60,231 nucleotides of DNA from Spirochaetota bacterium (GCA_040757435.1 JBFLXC010000002.1:1-60231), one strand, 5' to 3'. Positions 7,898 through 17,718 are shown, counted from the stretch's first letter. The notes: a model not told the origin generated them from the sequence alone. Program-made: numbers and translations.

Positions 7898-9142
7898 ATG
7901 CGTATGAAGAGAATCGCGATCCTCGCCTTGGCGGCGACGCTCGCCGTTGGAACAGTCTTCGCGCAGAAGACGGAGTTGAATTTCTGGACCTGGAGGCCCG
8001 AGGACACGGAAAAGTACCAAACCCTCCTCGCCTCCTTCGAAAAGCAGAATCCAGGCATAACCGTGAAGATTTCCGCATTCAAGAATACGGAATACAACAC
8101 CATTCTTTCCGCCGCCCTGGCGGGAGGATCGGGTCCGGACGTCTTCCAGAGCCGAGCCTACGGAGGACTCGAGACCTTCGCCCAGTCGGGCTACCTGGAA
8201 CCCCTGGACGCCTGGGTGCCGGAGCTGAAGGGCTTCGACAAGGCTCCCTTGGGCGGCGCCACATCCATAAAGGACGGCAAGGTCTACGGGGTGCCCTTCG
8301 CGAGCCAGACCCTCTTCGTCTTCTACAACAAGGCGATCTACAAGGAACTGGGCCTCAAGGTCCCGGAGACCTGGGACCAGTTCCTGGCCAACCTGGCGGC
8401 CTGCAAGAAGGCGGGGTATCAGGCCCTGGCGAACGGCGGCAAGGAAGGATGGACCTTGGAAGTCATGATGGGGGCCCTGGCGCCCAATTTCTACGGCGCC
8501 AACGATTTCTTCCAGGCCGTGGTGGCCGGGAAGACCAATTTCCTCGATCCCCGCTTCAAGGGCGCCGTCGAAAAGCTGAAGGAACTGACCCCCTTCATGC
8601 CCGACCTTTTCATGGGCGTGAGCTACACTGACATGCAGGCTTCCTTCATCAACGAAATGGCGGCCCATTTCGTGGGCGGATCCTTCGAGGCCGGCTACTT
8701 CTCCACCCAGAATCCCAAGCTCGACTTCGGGATCTTCCCGGGCCCAGCCGCGAAGGCAGGGGACCCCCGCTACGTCTCGGTCTACGCGGACGGAAATTTC
8801 AGCATGAACGCGGGATCGAAGAAGAAGGACGCCGCCGCCAAGCTGCTTAAATTCTTCGCCAGCAAGGAAACGGGCAACTTCTTCATCAGCGAGCTCAAGC
8901 AGGTCTCGGCCGTTCCCGGCGCCGACACCTCCAAGTCTCCGTACATCAAGGAAGTCCTGGCCCTCCAGAAATACAACACGCCCTATATCTTCCTCGTGGG
9001 ATTCCGCTACAACCAGCCCACGGGATCGGCGCTCTACCAGTCCGCCGCCCAGGGATACTTCGGGGGGACCATCAGCTCCGCGGATCTCTGCAAGCAGGTC
9101 CAGGACGGCATCGCCACCTACTACGCGCCGTTCAAGAAGTAG
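7898..9142 (+). CDS. CUT1-family ABC transporter substrate-binding protein (sugar)
   Basis: 414 aa. Signal peptide 'MRMKRIAILALAATLAVGTVFAQ'. SBP_bac_1-like sequence ('LNFWTWRPED', 'GSGPDVFQ'). RBS GGAGG upstream. Confidence 0.85.
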   Translation: MRMKRIAILALAATLAVGTVFAQKTELNFWTWRPEDTEKYQTLLASFEKQNPGITVKISAFKNTEYNTILSAALAGGSGPDVFQSRAYGGLETFAQSGYLEPLDAWVPELKGFDKAPLGGATSIKDGKVYGVPFASQTLFVFYNKAIYKELGLKVPETWDQFLANLAACKKAGYQALANGGKEGWTLEVMMGALAPNFYGANDFFQAVVAGKTNFLDPRFKGAVEKLKELTPFMPDLFMGVSYTDMQASFINEMAAHFVGGSFEAGYFSTQNPKLDFGIFPGPAAKAGDPRYVSVYADGNFSMNAGSKKKDAAAKLLKFFASKETGNFFISELKQVSAVPGADTSKSPYIKEVLALQKYNTPYIFLVGFRYNQPTGSALYQSAAQGYFGGTISSADLCKQVQDGIATYYAPFKK

Positions 9143-9253
9143 GATTTTCCCCTTGCGGAAATGATAGGCGCCTGTAGGCGGCGGCGGGAAGCCTCCCGCC
9201 ACCGCCCGGGGCGCCTTTCTTTTTCCCTCGGGCCGCCGTAAGGTAAGCCACAG

Positions 9254-10165
9254 ATGCGAAAGAAGAACTCCGAAAGGCTTTGGATAGCCTTTTTCATAAC
9301 CCCGGCGCTGGCCATCGTCGTCTCCATCATCCTCCTGCCCCTCTTCATGTCCTTGTTCAACAGCCTTTTCTCCTGGCGCCAGCTCATCCGCGACCAATTC
9401 GTCGGTCTTGAGAACTTCCGCCGGGTGTTCTTCACCGAACCCTACAGGACCCGGTTCTCCAACGCCATCGGGAACAACCTGGTGTGGCTGGCCGCCACCA
9501 TGGCGGTGCAGAACACCCTGGGGCTGGCCATGGGGTATTTCCTTTCCCGCCGGATCCGTGGGAGCGAGGTGTACAAGCGGGTGATCTTCATACCCGTCCT
9601 CTTCTCCATCGTGGCGGTGGGCTTCCTCTGGGGCCTGTACCTCAAGCCCAACGGCCTTTTGAACGGATTCTTCAAGCTCCTGGGCGCCCCGGAGATGGCC
9701 AGGGCCTGGCTGGGCGACGAAAAGCTGGCCACCTTCTCCATAATCGCCGTGAACATTTGGCGCTGGGTGGGCTTTCCCAGCCTCGTCTTCCTGGCGGCCA
9801 TAGACAACATCCCGGCGGAATGCATGGAGGCCGCCTGGCTTGACGGGGCCAAGGACAGGACGGTTTTCCTCAGGATAATCCTTCCCCTCATCGTGCCCTC
9901 CATCCTGATCATCACCGTGCTGACCATCGTAGGGAGCCTAAACGTCTTCGAGCAGATCTACACCATGGCCGGCCTGGACGGATCGCCCAACTTCTCCACA
10001 GACACCATAGGCACGCTCTTCTACCGCACAGGCTTCGGCTCCGTCGATTCGGGCAATCCGGAGATCGGCGTGGGATCAGCGATCGGAGTGATCATCTACA
10101 TCCTCACCCTCGCGGCCTCCCTCATCTCCATAGTTTCCCTGGGCAGGAAGGAGGTGGAGCTGTGA
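9254..10165 (+). CDS. Carbohydrate ABC transporter permease (MalF/UgpA-like)
   Basis: 303 aa with multiple TM segments and an EAA-loop-like 'AAWLDGAKDRTVFLRIILPL'. Confidence 0.85.
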   Translation: MRKKNSERLWIAFFITPALAIVVSIILLPLFMSLFNSLFSWRQLIRDQFVGLENFRRVFFTEPYRTRFSNAIGNNLVWLAATMAVQNTLGLAMGYFLSRRIRGSEVYKRVIFIPVLFSIVAVGFLWGLYLKPNGLLNGFFKLLGAPEMARAWLGDEKLATFSIIAVNIWRWVGFPSLVFLAAIDNIPAECMEAAWLDGAKDRTVFLRIILPLIVPSILIITVLTIVGSLNVFEQIYTMAGLDGSPNFSTDTIGTLFYRTGFGSVDSGNPEIGVGSAIGVIIYILTLAASLISIVSLGRKEVEL

Positions 10166-11016
10166 GCGCCGACCTTCGATTCTCCTCATCCTCCCCGGGC
10201 AGGAAGATCCTCGTGGCGGCGGTGCAGTTGTTCTTCATCATCTACTGCCTGCTTATCTTCTATCCCCTCTTCAACATGGTAATGTCGTCCTTCAAGAGCA
10301 CCAGGGAAATCCTGCGCTTTCCCTTCGCCCTTCCCAGATCCTTCGATTTTTCCAACTACAAGACCGTCCTGGTGGACAGGGGCTTCGGGAGGTTTTTCTT
10401 CAACAGCCTGTGGATGACGGCCACCACCATGGCCTTCGTCCTCCTCTTCGGCTCCATGGGAGCCTACGGGGTGTCGAGGTACGCCTACAAGCTGAGGACT
10501 GCGGTCTACCTCGTCTTCCTGTCGGGGATCATGCTGCCACTGAAGGCCGCGGTGATCCCCCTCTTCATCATCATGAAAAGGCTGGACTTCGTGAACAAGC
10601 CCATCTCGGTGATACTCATTTTCATCGCAATGAGCCTTCCCTCCACGATCTTCATCCTCTCGGGCTTCATGAAGACCATTCCCAAGGACCTTGAGTACGC
10701 CGCCCGCATCGACGGCTGCTCGGACTGGATGATCTACCGCCACGTGGTCATGCCCGTGGTGGCTCCCGCCATAGCCTTGGTGACAATCTACAATTCCGTG
10801 CCTGTGTGGAACGATTTCTTCTTCCCCCTTGTGTTCCTCCAGGACCAGAGGTTCAAGACCCTGCCTCTGGGGCTGACGAATTTCTTCGGCCAATACTCCA
10901 CGGACTGGAGTCTCCTGTTCACCGCCTTGAGCCTGGCCATACTGCCCATGCTCCTGCTCTATGCCTTCATGGCCAAGTATTTCATCAAGGGGATGACTGC
11001 CGGGGCGGTCAAGTAA
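10162..11016 (+). CDS. Carbohydrate ABC transporter permease (MalG/UgpE-like)
   Basis: 284 aa. EAA loop 'EYAARIDGCSDWMIYRHVVMPV'. 4-nt overlap with the upstream permease. Confidence 0.85.
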   Translation: MSADLRFSSSSPGRKILVAAVQLFFIIYCLLIFYPLFNMVMSSFKSTREILRFPFALPRSFDFSNYKTVLVDRGFGRFFFNSLWMTATTMAFVLLFGSMGAYGVSRYAYKLRTAVYLVFLSGIMLPLKAAVIPLFIIMKRLDFVNKPISVILIFIAMSLPSTIFILSGFMKTIPKDLEYAARIDGCSDWMIYRHVVMPVVAPAIALVTIYNSVPVWNDFFFPLVFLQDQRFKTLPLGLTNFFGQYSTDWSLLFTALSLAILPMLLLYAFMAKYFIKGMTAGAVK

Positions 11017-11028
11017 AGCGAGGTGTGT

Positions 11029-12216
11029 ATGGACAAGGACATTCCCGCCCGGGCGGCGCTGATCGGCGCCCAGATGCGCAGCGAGCTCTTCGATTCCGTG
11101 GTGCCGTTCTGGGAGTGCCACAGCCCTGACCGGGAGTTCGGGGGCTACTTCTCCTGCCTGGACAGGGACGGCTCCGTATTCGATACGGACAAGTTCCTCT
11201 GGATGCAGGGCCGGGAGCTCTGGTGCTTTTCCCATCTCTATCGCCAGGTGGAGCGGAAGGAAGCCTGGCTGGACCTGGCGAGGCTGGGTGCGGATTTCCT
11301 TAGGAAGTTCGGCAAGGCCGAAAACGGGGATTACTACTTTTCCCTGGACCGCCGGGGCCTTCCCCTCGTCCAGCCCTACAATATTTTTTCCGATTGCTTC
11401 TGCGCCTCAGGCCTGGCTGAGTACGCCAAGGCCTCGGGAGAATCCTGGGCGGCGGAGGAAGCTGCCGCCGCCTGGCGCCGCATCCAGGCGAGGAAGGCGA
11501 ATCCCAAGGGAATATGGACGAAGCAGATAGCCGCCAACCGCCCGGTCCGCGCCATGGCCATGGCCATGATCAACCTCTGGATGGCCGAGGTTTTCCAGGG
11601 GATCCTGGAGCCTGGGGAGACGGGGCCGGTGGTGGCTTCCAGCGTCGAGGATGTGCTCACCCGCCATGTGGACTGGGAGCGGAAGGCGGTGTTCGAGCGG
11701 GTGCTCGCCGGAGGGGGCAGGCCGCAGGGCATGGATGGGCGGCTCCTCTCCCCGGGGCATGCCCTGGAGACCCTCTGGTTCGTCCTGGCGGCGGAGCGGA
11801 GGCTCGGCGGCCTTGTGAAGGACGTGCATCAGGTCGCGGAGGCCATGCTCTGGACCGCCCAGCGGGGCTGGGACCACGAGTTCGGGGGATTTTATTATTA
11901 TAGGGACTATGAGGACAGGCCGACCGAAAAGCTTGAGGCGGACATGAAGCTCTGGTGGGTCCACGCCGAAGCCCTCTGCGCCTTTCTCCTCGCGCACAGG
12001 ATGACGGGCAGGAAGGAATTCTGGGACTGGTTCGAATCGACCTGGGCATGGACAAGGGAGCATTTTTCCGATCCACGCTTCGGCGAGTGGTACGGCTATC
12101 TGGATCGCCGGGGAAATCCGGCCCTGACCTTGAAGGGCGGCAAGTGGAAGGGCATGTTCCATACTCCCCGGGCCCTTCTGGTTTGCCTGCGCCTTTTGGA
12201 TGAGTACGGGAGGTAG
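11029..12216 (+). CDS. AGE-family (N-acylglucosamine 2-epimerase / renin-binding-protein-like) isomerase
   Basis: About 395 aa. 'PFWE.HS.D.E.GGYF..LDRDG', 'KFLWMQGRELW' and (alpha/alpha)6-barrel family signatures. I prefer the ATG at 11029, which has GAGG 5 nt upstream, over the track's GTG at 11023. Confidence 0.8.
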   Translation: MDKDIPARAALIGAQMRSELFDSVVPFWECHSPDREFGGYFSCLDRDGSVFDTDKFLWMQGRELWCFSHLYRQVERKEAWLDLARLGADFLRKFGKAENGDYYFSLDRRGLPLVQPYNIFSDCFCASGLAEYAKASGESWAAEEAAAAWRRIQARKANPKGIWTKQIAANRPVRAMAMAMINLWMAEVFQGILEPGETGPVVASSVEDVLTRHVDWERKAVFERVLAGGGRPQGMDGRLLSPGHALETLWFVLAAERRLGGLVKDVHQVAEAMLWTAQRGWDHEFGGFYYYRDYEDRPTEKLEADMKLWWVHAEALCAFLLAHRMTGRKEFWDWFESTWAWTREHFSDPRFGEWYGYLDRRGNPALTLKGGKWKGMFHTPRALLVCLRLLDEYGR

Positions 12217-12220
12217 GAAG

Positions 12221-13402
12221 GTGGCATACACCTGCATTCACAACGCCACGGTGGTCGCGGGCTACGCCCAGATGCCCGAGAGCGCCGTCCTGGTGGAGGG
12301 CGCCTCGGTGGTGGAAGTGTTTTCGGAGCGGCGTTTCAGGCAGAAAAGCTTCTCCCGGGACGACACAGTCATCGACGCGGAAGGATCCTACCTGGTTCCG
12401 GGGCTCATCGACTCCCATATCCACGGCTTCGCGGGATACGGAACCGAGGACCTGTCCACTGACTCCATCCTCCACATGTCCGAAAAGCTCGCGGGATACG
12501 GAGTCTCCGCATTCTGCCCCACCCTCTACCCCATGGCCGAAGAAGACATGGTCAAGGGCATACGGGCGATCGTGGCCGCCATGGGCCTGGAGAGGGGAGC
12601 TACCGTGCTGGGCGTCCACCTGGAGGGACCCTTCATATCGGAGCACCAGCTCGGGGTCCAGCGCAAGGAGTTCGTGAAGCCGGTGGACATAGAGTTGATG
12701 CAGAGGCTCTACGAGGCCAGCGAAGGCAAGATCGTCAACATGACCGTGGCGCCCGAGCTCAAGGGGATGAGGGAGCTCGCCCTGTACTGCAACAACAAGG
12801 GCATTGTCCTCCAGGCCGGCCACACGGACGCCACCTATGAGAACATGATAGAGGGAATGCAGGCGGGGATCCGGCATTCCACCCATGTGTTCAACGCCAT
12901 GAGCCGCCTCCACCACCGCAACCCCAACGCCGTGGGCGCCATCCTCATCCAGCCCGACCTCTCCTGCGAGATCATCGCCGACGGCCATCATGTCCATCCC
13001 GACCTGGTGAGGCTTCTCGTGCGGGACAAGCCGGACACCAACATCGTCCTTGTCACCGACGCCCTGAAGCCTACGGCGCAGAAAAAGGGGCCCTTCTTCG
13101 CCAACAATGAGGAAGTCTACTTTTCCGACGGCATATTCCTAAGGGCCAGCGACCATGTGATTGCCGGCAGCTCCCTCACCATGCTGGACGGATTGAGGAA
13201 TCTCGTCTCCTACGGTATTCCTATGGAGGTGGCGGTAAAGATGGCCTCGCCCAACCCGGCCCGGATCCTCCACCTCAAGCGGATGGGGGAGATCAGCCCG
13301 GGATTCCAGGCCGACATGACCCTCCTCACCAGGGAATTCCAGGTCCTCGCCTCCATGGTGAAGGGCGAGTTCGTCTACGGCGGGGAAAGGAAGCAAGGAT
13401 GA
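12221..13402 (+). CDS. nagA: N-acetylglucosamine-6-phosphate deacetylase
   Basis: '[12 protein letters not shown]', '[10 protein letters not shown]' and 'AGHTDATYE' motifs. GTG 12221 is preceded by GGGAGG. The in-frame ATG at 12200 is an alternative but overlaps the upstream gene. Confidence 0.85.
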   Translation: MAYTCIHNATVVAGYAQMPESAVLVEGASVVEVFSERRFRQKSFSRDDTVIDAEGSYLVPGLIDSHIHGFAGYGTEDLSTDSILHMSEKLAGYGVSAFCPTLYPMAEEDMVKGIRAIVAAMGLERGATVLGVHLEGPFISEHQLGVQRKEFVKPVDIELMQRLYEASEGKIVNMTVAPELKGMRELALYCNNKGIVLQAGHTDATYENMIEGMQAGIRHSTHVFNAMSRLHHRNPNAVGAILIQPDLSCEIIADGHHVHPDLVRLLVRDKPDTNIVLVTDALKPTAQKKGPFFANNEEVYFSDGIFLRASDHVIAGSSLTMLDGLRNLVSYGIPMEVAVKMASPNPARILHLKRMGEISPGFQADMTLLTREFQVLASMVKGEFVYGGERKQG

Positions 13403-14199
13403 GAGTGATCATACAGCCCGACGCGGAAAAAGTGGCCCAATGGGCGGCCAACCATGTGGCGCGCCGGATCGCCGCGGCGCAAAAGGGGAGGCCCTTCGTG
13501 CTCGGACTTCCCACGGGCTCGACTCCCCTGGGCATGTACAGGAAGCTGATCCAGCTCCACGAGGCCGGCAAGGTTTCCTTCTCCAACGTCGTCACCTTCA
13601 ACATGGACGAATATGTCGGCCTGGACCATGGCCACCCCCAGAGCTACCACCGGTTCATGTGGGACAATTTCTTTTCCCGCGTCGACATCCCCAAGGAGAA
13701 CGTCCACATCCTGGACGGGATGGCCAAGGACCTGGAGCAGGAGTGCGCCCGCTACGAGGCGGCCATGGAGGCGGCTGGTGGCGTGGACCTCTTCGTGGGC
13801 GGCGTGGGGGCTGACGGCCACATCGCCTTCAACGAGCCTGGCTCATCCCTCTCTTCCAGGACGAGGATAAAGACCCTCACGGCCGATACGCGCAGGGCCA
13901 ACGGAAGGTTCTTCGGCGGAGATCCGGCCTCGGTGCCTTCCACCGCGCTGACGGTGGGCGTGGGAACCGTGATGGGAGCCCGGGAGGTCCTGGTGCTGGT
14001 CACGGGCCAGGGAAAGGCTCGTGCCTTGCGCCACGGCGTGGAGTTCGGCGTGAACCACATGTGGACCATCTCCTGCCTCCAATTGCATCCCAAGGCGATC
14101 ATCGTGGCGGACGAGGACGCGACGGTGGAACTGAGGGTGGGAACGGTGCGGTACTTCGCCGAGATCGAGGCAGCCAACCTGGAGAACGGCCTGGCGTAG
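13399..14199 (+). CDS. nagB: Glucosamine-6-phosphate deaminase
   Basis: 266 aa. 'LGLPTGSTP', 'FNMDEYVGL' and '[17 protein letters not shown]' are canonical NagB motifs. 4-nt overlap with nagA. Confidence 0.92.
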   Translation: MRVIIQPDAEKVAQWAANHVARRIAAAQKGRPFVLGLPTGSTPLGMYRKLIQLHEAGKVSFSNVVTFNMDEYVGLDHGHPQSYHRFMWDNFFSRVDIPKENVHILDGMAKDLEQECARYEAAMEAAGGVDLFVGGVGADGHIAFNEPGSSLSSRTRIKTLTADTRRANGRFFGGDPASVPSTALTVGVGTVMGAREVLVLVTGQGKARALRHGVEFGVNHMWTISCLQLHPKAIIVADEDATVELRVGTVRYFAEIEAANLENGLA

Positions 14200-14318
14200 G
14201 GAAAAATTTGCCCATAAGCTGACCGCTGGAAATCGCAGAGCTTTGCGATACGGAGGACTGATTTTTTAATTTGTTTTCATATAATAATATAAGTATAATA
14301 CGATGAATATTTGCTATT

Positions 14319-14334
14319 TGGCACACTTCTTGCT
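14319..14334 (+). promoter_or_regulatory. Sigma54 (-24/-12) promoter candidate
   Basis: TGGCAC-acttc-TTGCT matches TGGCAC-N5-TTGC(A/T) with exact spacing. It sits in an AT-rich intergenic region about 60 nt upstream of the DUF2202 start codon. Confidence 0.5.
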
Positions 14335-14392
14335 TTATAAATTGTGTCGAGGCAATGATGCCCGAACAATTACGCTATACAGGAGTTACCAG

Positions 14393-14926
14393 ATGAAAGC
14401 AACCTATAAAGCCCTCACGATCGCGGCCATGATCCTCGCCGCCACATTCGCGGCCGGCGCCGCGGATTCCACCTCCCTTCCCTCCCTTTATGGAAACGCC
14501 GCGGCCAAGGCCGACGACTCCCTCACCATAGAAGAGATGCTCACCTACGCTGCCCAGGACGAATACCTCGCCCGGGGCGAGTACGAGGCCATCATGGGGA
14601 AGTTCGGAGTGGCCAGGCCCTTCAGCAACATCATGAGGTCCGAGGAAACCCACCTCGACCTGCTCAAGGCGGCCTTTTCCACCTACGGCCTGGCCTTTCC
14701 CTCCGACGCCTCCAAGGCATACCTGCACGTCCCATCAACCCTCAAGGAAGCCTTCGAGACGGGGGTGAAGGCTGAGATCGACAACATCGCCATGTACGAG
14801 AAATTCCTCGCCACTTCGATCGTCAAGGATCCCGCCAACACCTACCTGAAGACGCTGTTCACCAACCTGATGAAGGCATCGGAGAACCACCTGCGGAGCT
14901 TCCAGACTCAACTGGCCAAGTACTGA
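14393..14926 (+). CDS. Exported ferritin-like DUF2202 protein
   Basis: Signal peptide 'MKATYKALTIAAMILAATFAAGA'. 'AAQDEYLARGEY..I...F....PFSNI..SE..H...L' is typical of DUF2202. RBS AGGAG lies 8 nt upstream of ATG 14393. The track start at 14303 falls in AT-rich promoter DNA. Confidence 0.7.
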   Translation: MKATYKALTIAAMILAATFAAGAADSTSLPSLYGNAAAKADDSLTIEEMLTYAAQDEYLARGEYEAIMGKFGVARPFSNIMRSEETHLDLLKAAFSTYGLAFPSDASKAYLHVPSTLKEAFETGVKAEIDNIAMYEKFLATSIVKDPANTYLKTLFTNLMKASENHLRSFQTQLAKY

Positions 14927-14936
14927 CGGGCAGGGC

Positions 14937-15701
14937 TCACCGGGCCAGGCCGGATTTTTCCACCTTGGGCGCCACTACGGCTACGCAGTAGCCGTAGTCC
15001 GGGTTCTTGCGGAAGAAATCCTGGTGGTATTCCTCGGCGATCCAGAAATCGCCGGCGGGGACCACTTCGGTGACGATCTTGCTCGCCCACTTAGGCTGCT
15101 GCCGCTGTATCGAAGCGGCGGCGGCCTTTTTTTGTTCCTCCCCCATGTAGAAGATCGCCGAGCGGTATTGGGTGCCTATGTCGTAGCCCTGGCGGTTGAG
15201 TGTGGTGGGGTTGTGGATTTTCCAGAACATGTCCAGGAGCTGGTCGTAGCTCACAATGGCGGGATCGTAGACTATGCGCACCGCCTCGGCGTGGTTCGAC
15301 CGGCCCATGGATACGTACTGATAGGAGGGTCTGTCGCCCTCTCCGCCTATGTATCCCGAAACTACGTCGATCACGCCGGGCATGAGTTCGTACACCGCCT
15401 CCAGGCACCAGAAGCAGCCTCCCGCCAGGATGGCTACCTGGAGTCCGTCCTTGGCTTCCTTGGGAAGGGGCTTGTCGAAGTCGTGGCTTGAGAAGGGCGG
15501 CGACTTGCTCCAGGGGAAATCCTCCGCCCCCGGGGCGGGCGCCGCCTGGAGGGAAGGGGCTCCGGACCTGCTCGGCGCAGGAAGCTTCGACGAAGGGGTT
15601 TCCTGCTCCTGGGCGGAGGCGGGAGTTCCCGTGCAGGCTGAAAAGAGGAACAAGGTTCCTATCCCCAGGGTGAGGGGAAAAAATCTTTTATCGTGGTTCA
15701 T
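14937..15701 (-). CDS. msrA: Peptide-methionine (S)-S-oxide reductase, predicted lipoprotein
   Basis: 'GGCFWCLEAVY' active site with a full MsrA domain. The N-terminus 'MNHDKRFFPLTLGIGTLFLFSAC' carries a lipobox, followed by a Pro/Ala/Ser linker. Start set at ATG 15701. Confidence 0.85.
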   Translation of the reverse strand: MNHDKRFFPLTLGIGTLFLFSACTGTPASAQEQETPSSKLPAPSRSGAPSLQAAPAPGAEDFPWSKSPPFSSHDFDKPLPKEAKDGLQVAILAGGCFWCLEAVYELMPGVIDVVSGYIGGEGDRPSYQYVSMGRSNHAEAVRIVYDPAIVSYDQLLDMFWKIHNPTTLNRQGYDIGTQYRSAIFYMGEEQKKAAAASIQRQQPKWASKIVTEVVPAGDFWIAEEYHQDFFRKNPDYGYCVAVVAPKVEKSGLAR

Positions 15702-15814
15702 GCATATAGTATAAGCAATATGTACAAGCCTGGGAAACCGCCGGCCTCTGGAAGCGGGCGGGTCCCGACCCACCCCCTTTATCCACCCCCGGCCTTTCGG
15801 GGTATAGTCTTCCC

Positions 15815-17497
15815 ATGGCCACATACGACGACAAGAAAATCATTTACTCCATGTACCGGGTTTCCCGCAAGCATGGCATGAAGCAGGTCCTGAAGGACAT
15901 TTCCATATCCTACTACTACGGCGCCAAGATCGGCGTCATCGGCCTCAACGGCTCGGGGAAGTCCAGCCTCCTTCGCATCATGGCGGGGAAGGACGGGGAT
16001 TACTTGGGGGAGATCAGCCTCGCCCAGGGCTACACCATAGGGTTCCTCGAGCAGGAGCCCCACCTGGAGGACGGAAAGACAGTCCGGGAGGTGGTGAGCG
16101 AGGGCGTGCAGGAGATCGTGGACGCCTTGGCGGAATTCGACGCGGTGAACGAAGCCTTCGGGGATCCGGACGCGGACTTCGACAAGCTCGCCTCGAAGCA
16201 GGCGGCCCTGCAGGAAAAGCTCGACGCCTTCGACGCCTGGAACCTGGATTCCAAGCTGGATTTCGCCATGGAAGCCCTCAGGTGCCCGCCTCCCGACCAG
16301 TTGGTGGACCATCTTTCCGGAGGGGAGCGGAGGCGGGTGGCCCTGTGCAGGCTCCTTCTGAAAAAGCCGGACATCCTTCTCCTGGACGAGCCCACCAACC
16401 ACCTGGACGCAGAGACCATAGCCTGGCTTGAGCGCCACCTGAGGGACTACGAGGGCACGGTGATCGCCGTTACCCACGACCGCTATTTCCTGGACAATGT
16501 CGCCGGCTGGATCCTTGAGCTGGACCGAGGGGAAGGCATCCCCTGGAAGGGCAACTACTCCTCCTGGCTGGACCAGAAGAAGAAGCGCCTGGAGCAGGAG
16601 GAGAAGGGCGAATCCGAAAGGGCCAGGACCCTGGCCAGGGAACTCGACTGGATCGGCATGAGCCCCAAGGGCAGGCACGCCAAGAGCAAGGCCCGCATCG
16701 AGCGCTATGAAAAGCTCCTGGCGGAGGACGGAAAGGAAAAGCTCAAGGAATCCAAGATCGTCATTCCCGCCGGTCCCAGGCTGGGAAAGGTGGTCATCGA
16801 GGCCAAGGCCCTCTCCAAGGCCTACGGGGACAAGCTTTTGTTCGACGGCTTGGACTTCGAAGTTCCCCCCGGGGCGGTGGTTGGCGTCGTGGGTCCCAAC
16901 GGGGCGGGGAAGACAACCCTCCTCAACCTCATCACAGGAAGGGAAAAGCCCGATTCCGGGGAGATCCGCCTGGGAGACACGGTGGTCCTGGCCTACGCGG
17001 ACCAGATGCGCGCCTCCCTGGATCCCGAGAAGACCGTGTGGGAGCAGCTTTCCGACGGCCAGGACATCATCGTCCTTGGGGGCAAGCGGGAAGTGAATTC
17101 CCGCGCCTATTGCTCCTGGTTCAACTTCTCCGGCCAGGACCAGCAGCGCAAGGTGGGTGTCCTTTCCGGCGGGGAGCGCAACCGGCTCAACATGGCCATG
17201 ATGGTGAAGCAGGGGGCCAACGTCCTTCTTCTGGACGAGCCCACCAACGACCTGGACGTGAACACCATGCGCGCCTTGGAGGAAGCCCTGGATTCCTTCG
17301 CCGGCGTCGCCCTTGTGGTGAGCCACGACCGTTGGTTCCTTGACCGGGTCTGCACCCACCTTCTGGCCTTCGAGGACGGGTCGAAGGTGCATTGGTACGA
17401 CGGAAACTGGTCGGAATACGCCCAGTGGCGCCGCGAGACCCTGGGCATCGACGCAGAGAGACCCCACAGGATCGTGTACCGGAAGCTGGAGCGCTGA
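15815..17497 (+). CDS. ettA: Energy-dependent translational throttle protein (ABC-F ATPase)
   Basis: 560 aa. Two ABC cassettes ('GLNGSGKSS', 'LSGGERRRVAL', 'GPNGAGKTT', 'LSGGERNRL') and an EttA-like N-terminus 'YSMYRVSRKHG'. Confidence 0.9.
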   Translation: MATYDDKKIIYSMYRVSRKHGMKQVLKDISISYYYGAKIGVIGLNGSGKSSLLRIMAGKDGDYLGEISLAQGYTIGFLEQEPHLEDGKTVREVVSEGVQEIVDALAEFDAVNEAFGDPDADFDKLASKQAALQEKLDAFDAWNLDSKLDFAMEALRCPPPDQLVDHLSGGERRRVALCRLLLKKPDILLLDEPTNHLDAETIAWLERHLRDYEGTVIAVTHDRYFLDNVAGWILELDRGEGIPWKGNYSSWLDQKKKRLEQEEKGESERARTLARELDWIGMSPKGRHAKSKARIERYEKLLAEDGKEKLKESKIVIPAGPRLGKVVIEAKALSKAYGDKLLFDGLDFEVPPGAVVGVVGPNGAGKTTLLNLITGREKPDSGEIRLGDTVVLAYADQMRASLDPEKTVWEQLSDGQDIIVLGGKREVNSRAYCSWFNFSGQDQQRKVGVLSGGERNRLNMAMMVKQGANVLLLDEPTNDLDVNTMRALEEALDSFAGVALVVSHDRWFLDRVCTHLLAFEDGSKVHWYDGNWSEYAQWRRETLGIDAERPHRIVYRKLER

Positions 17498-17545
17498 GGG
17501 TGTAAAACGCCGAGATCCTTCAGCCCCACCCTGGTGCAAAGCAAG

Positions 17546-17590
17546 CCCCGAGGACGTCAAATTACAGGATGTCCTCGGGGTGTTTTATTT
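17546..17590 (+). terminator. Rho-independent terminator after ettA
   Basis: CCCCGAGGAC (17546-17555) pairs perfectly with GTCCTCGGGG (17571-17580), followed by TGTTTTATTT. Confidence 0.8.
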
Positions 17591-17689
17591 CGACTGCGCC
17601 ATCCACTACTAGGCGCTTTCTCTGATAAATTCAATAGATAAATATAATTGTCAGATTTCCCCAAGAAGAGGCAAGGGAAAAAATGTTGA

Positions 17690-17718
17690 TTGACAACTAT
17701 AAAATAGTCGACTATTAT
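17690..17718 (+). promoter_or_regulatory. Sigma70 promoter with an embedded palindromic operator (TRAP operon)
   Basis: TTGACA, 17 nt, TATTAT. The spacer and -10 contain the perfect palindrome ATAGTCGACTAT (17704-17715). 25/29 identical to the promoter at 27287-27259 on the minus strand. Confidence 0.7.
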
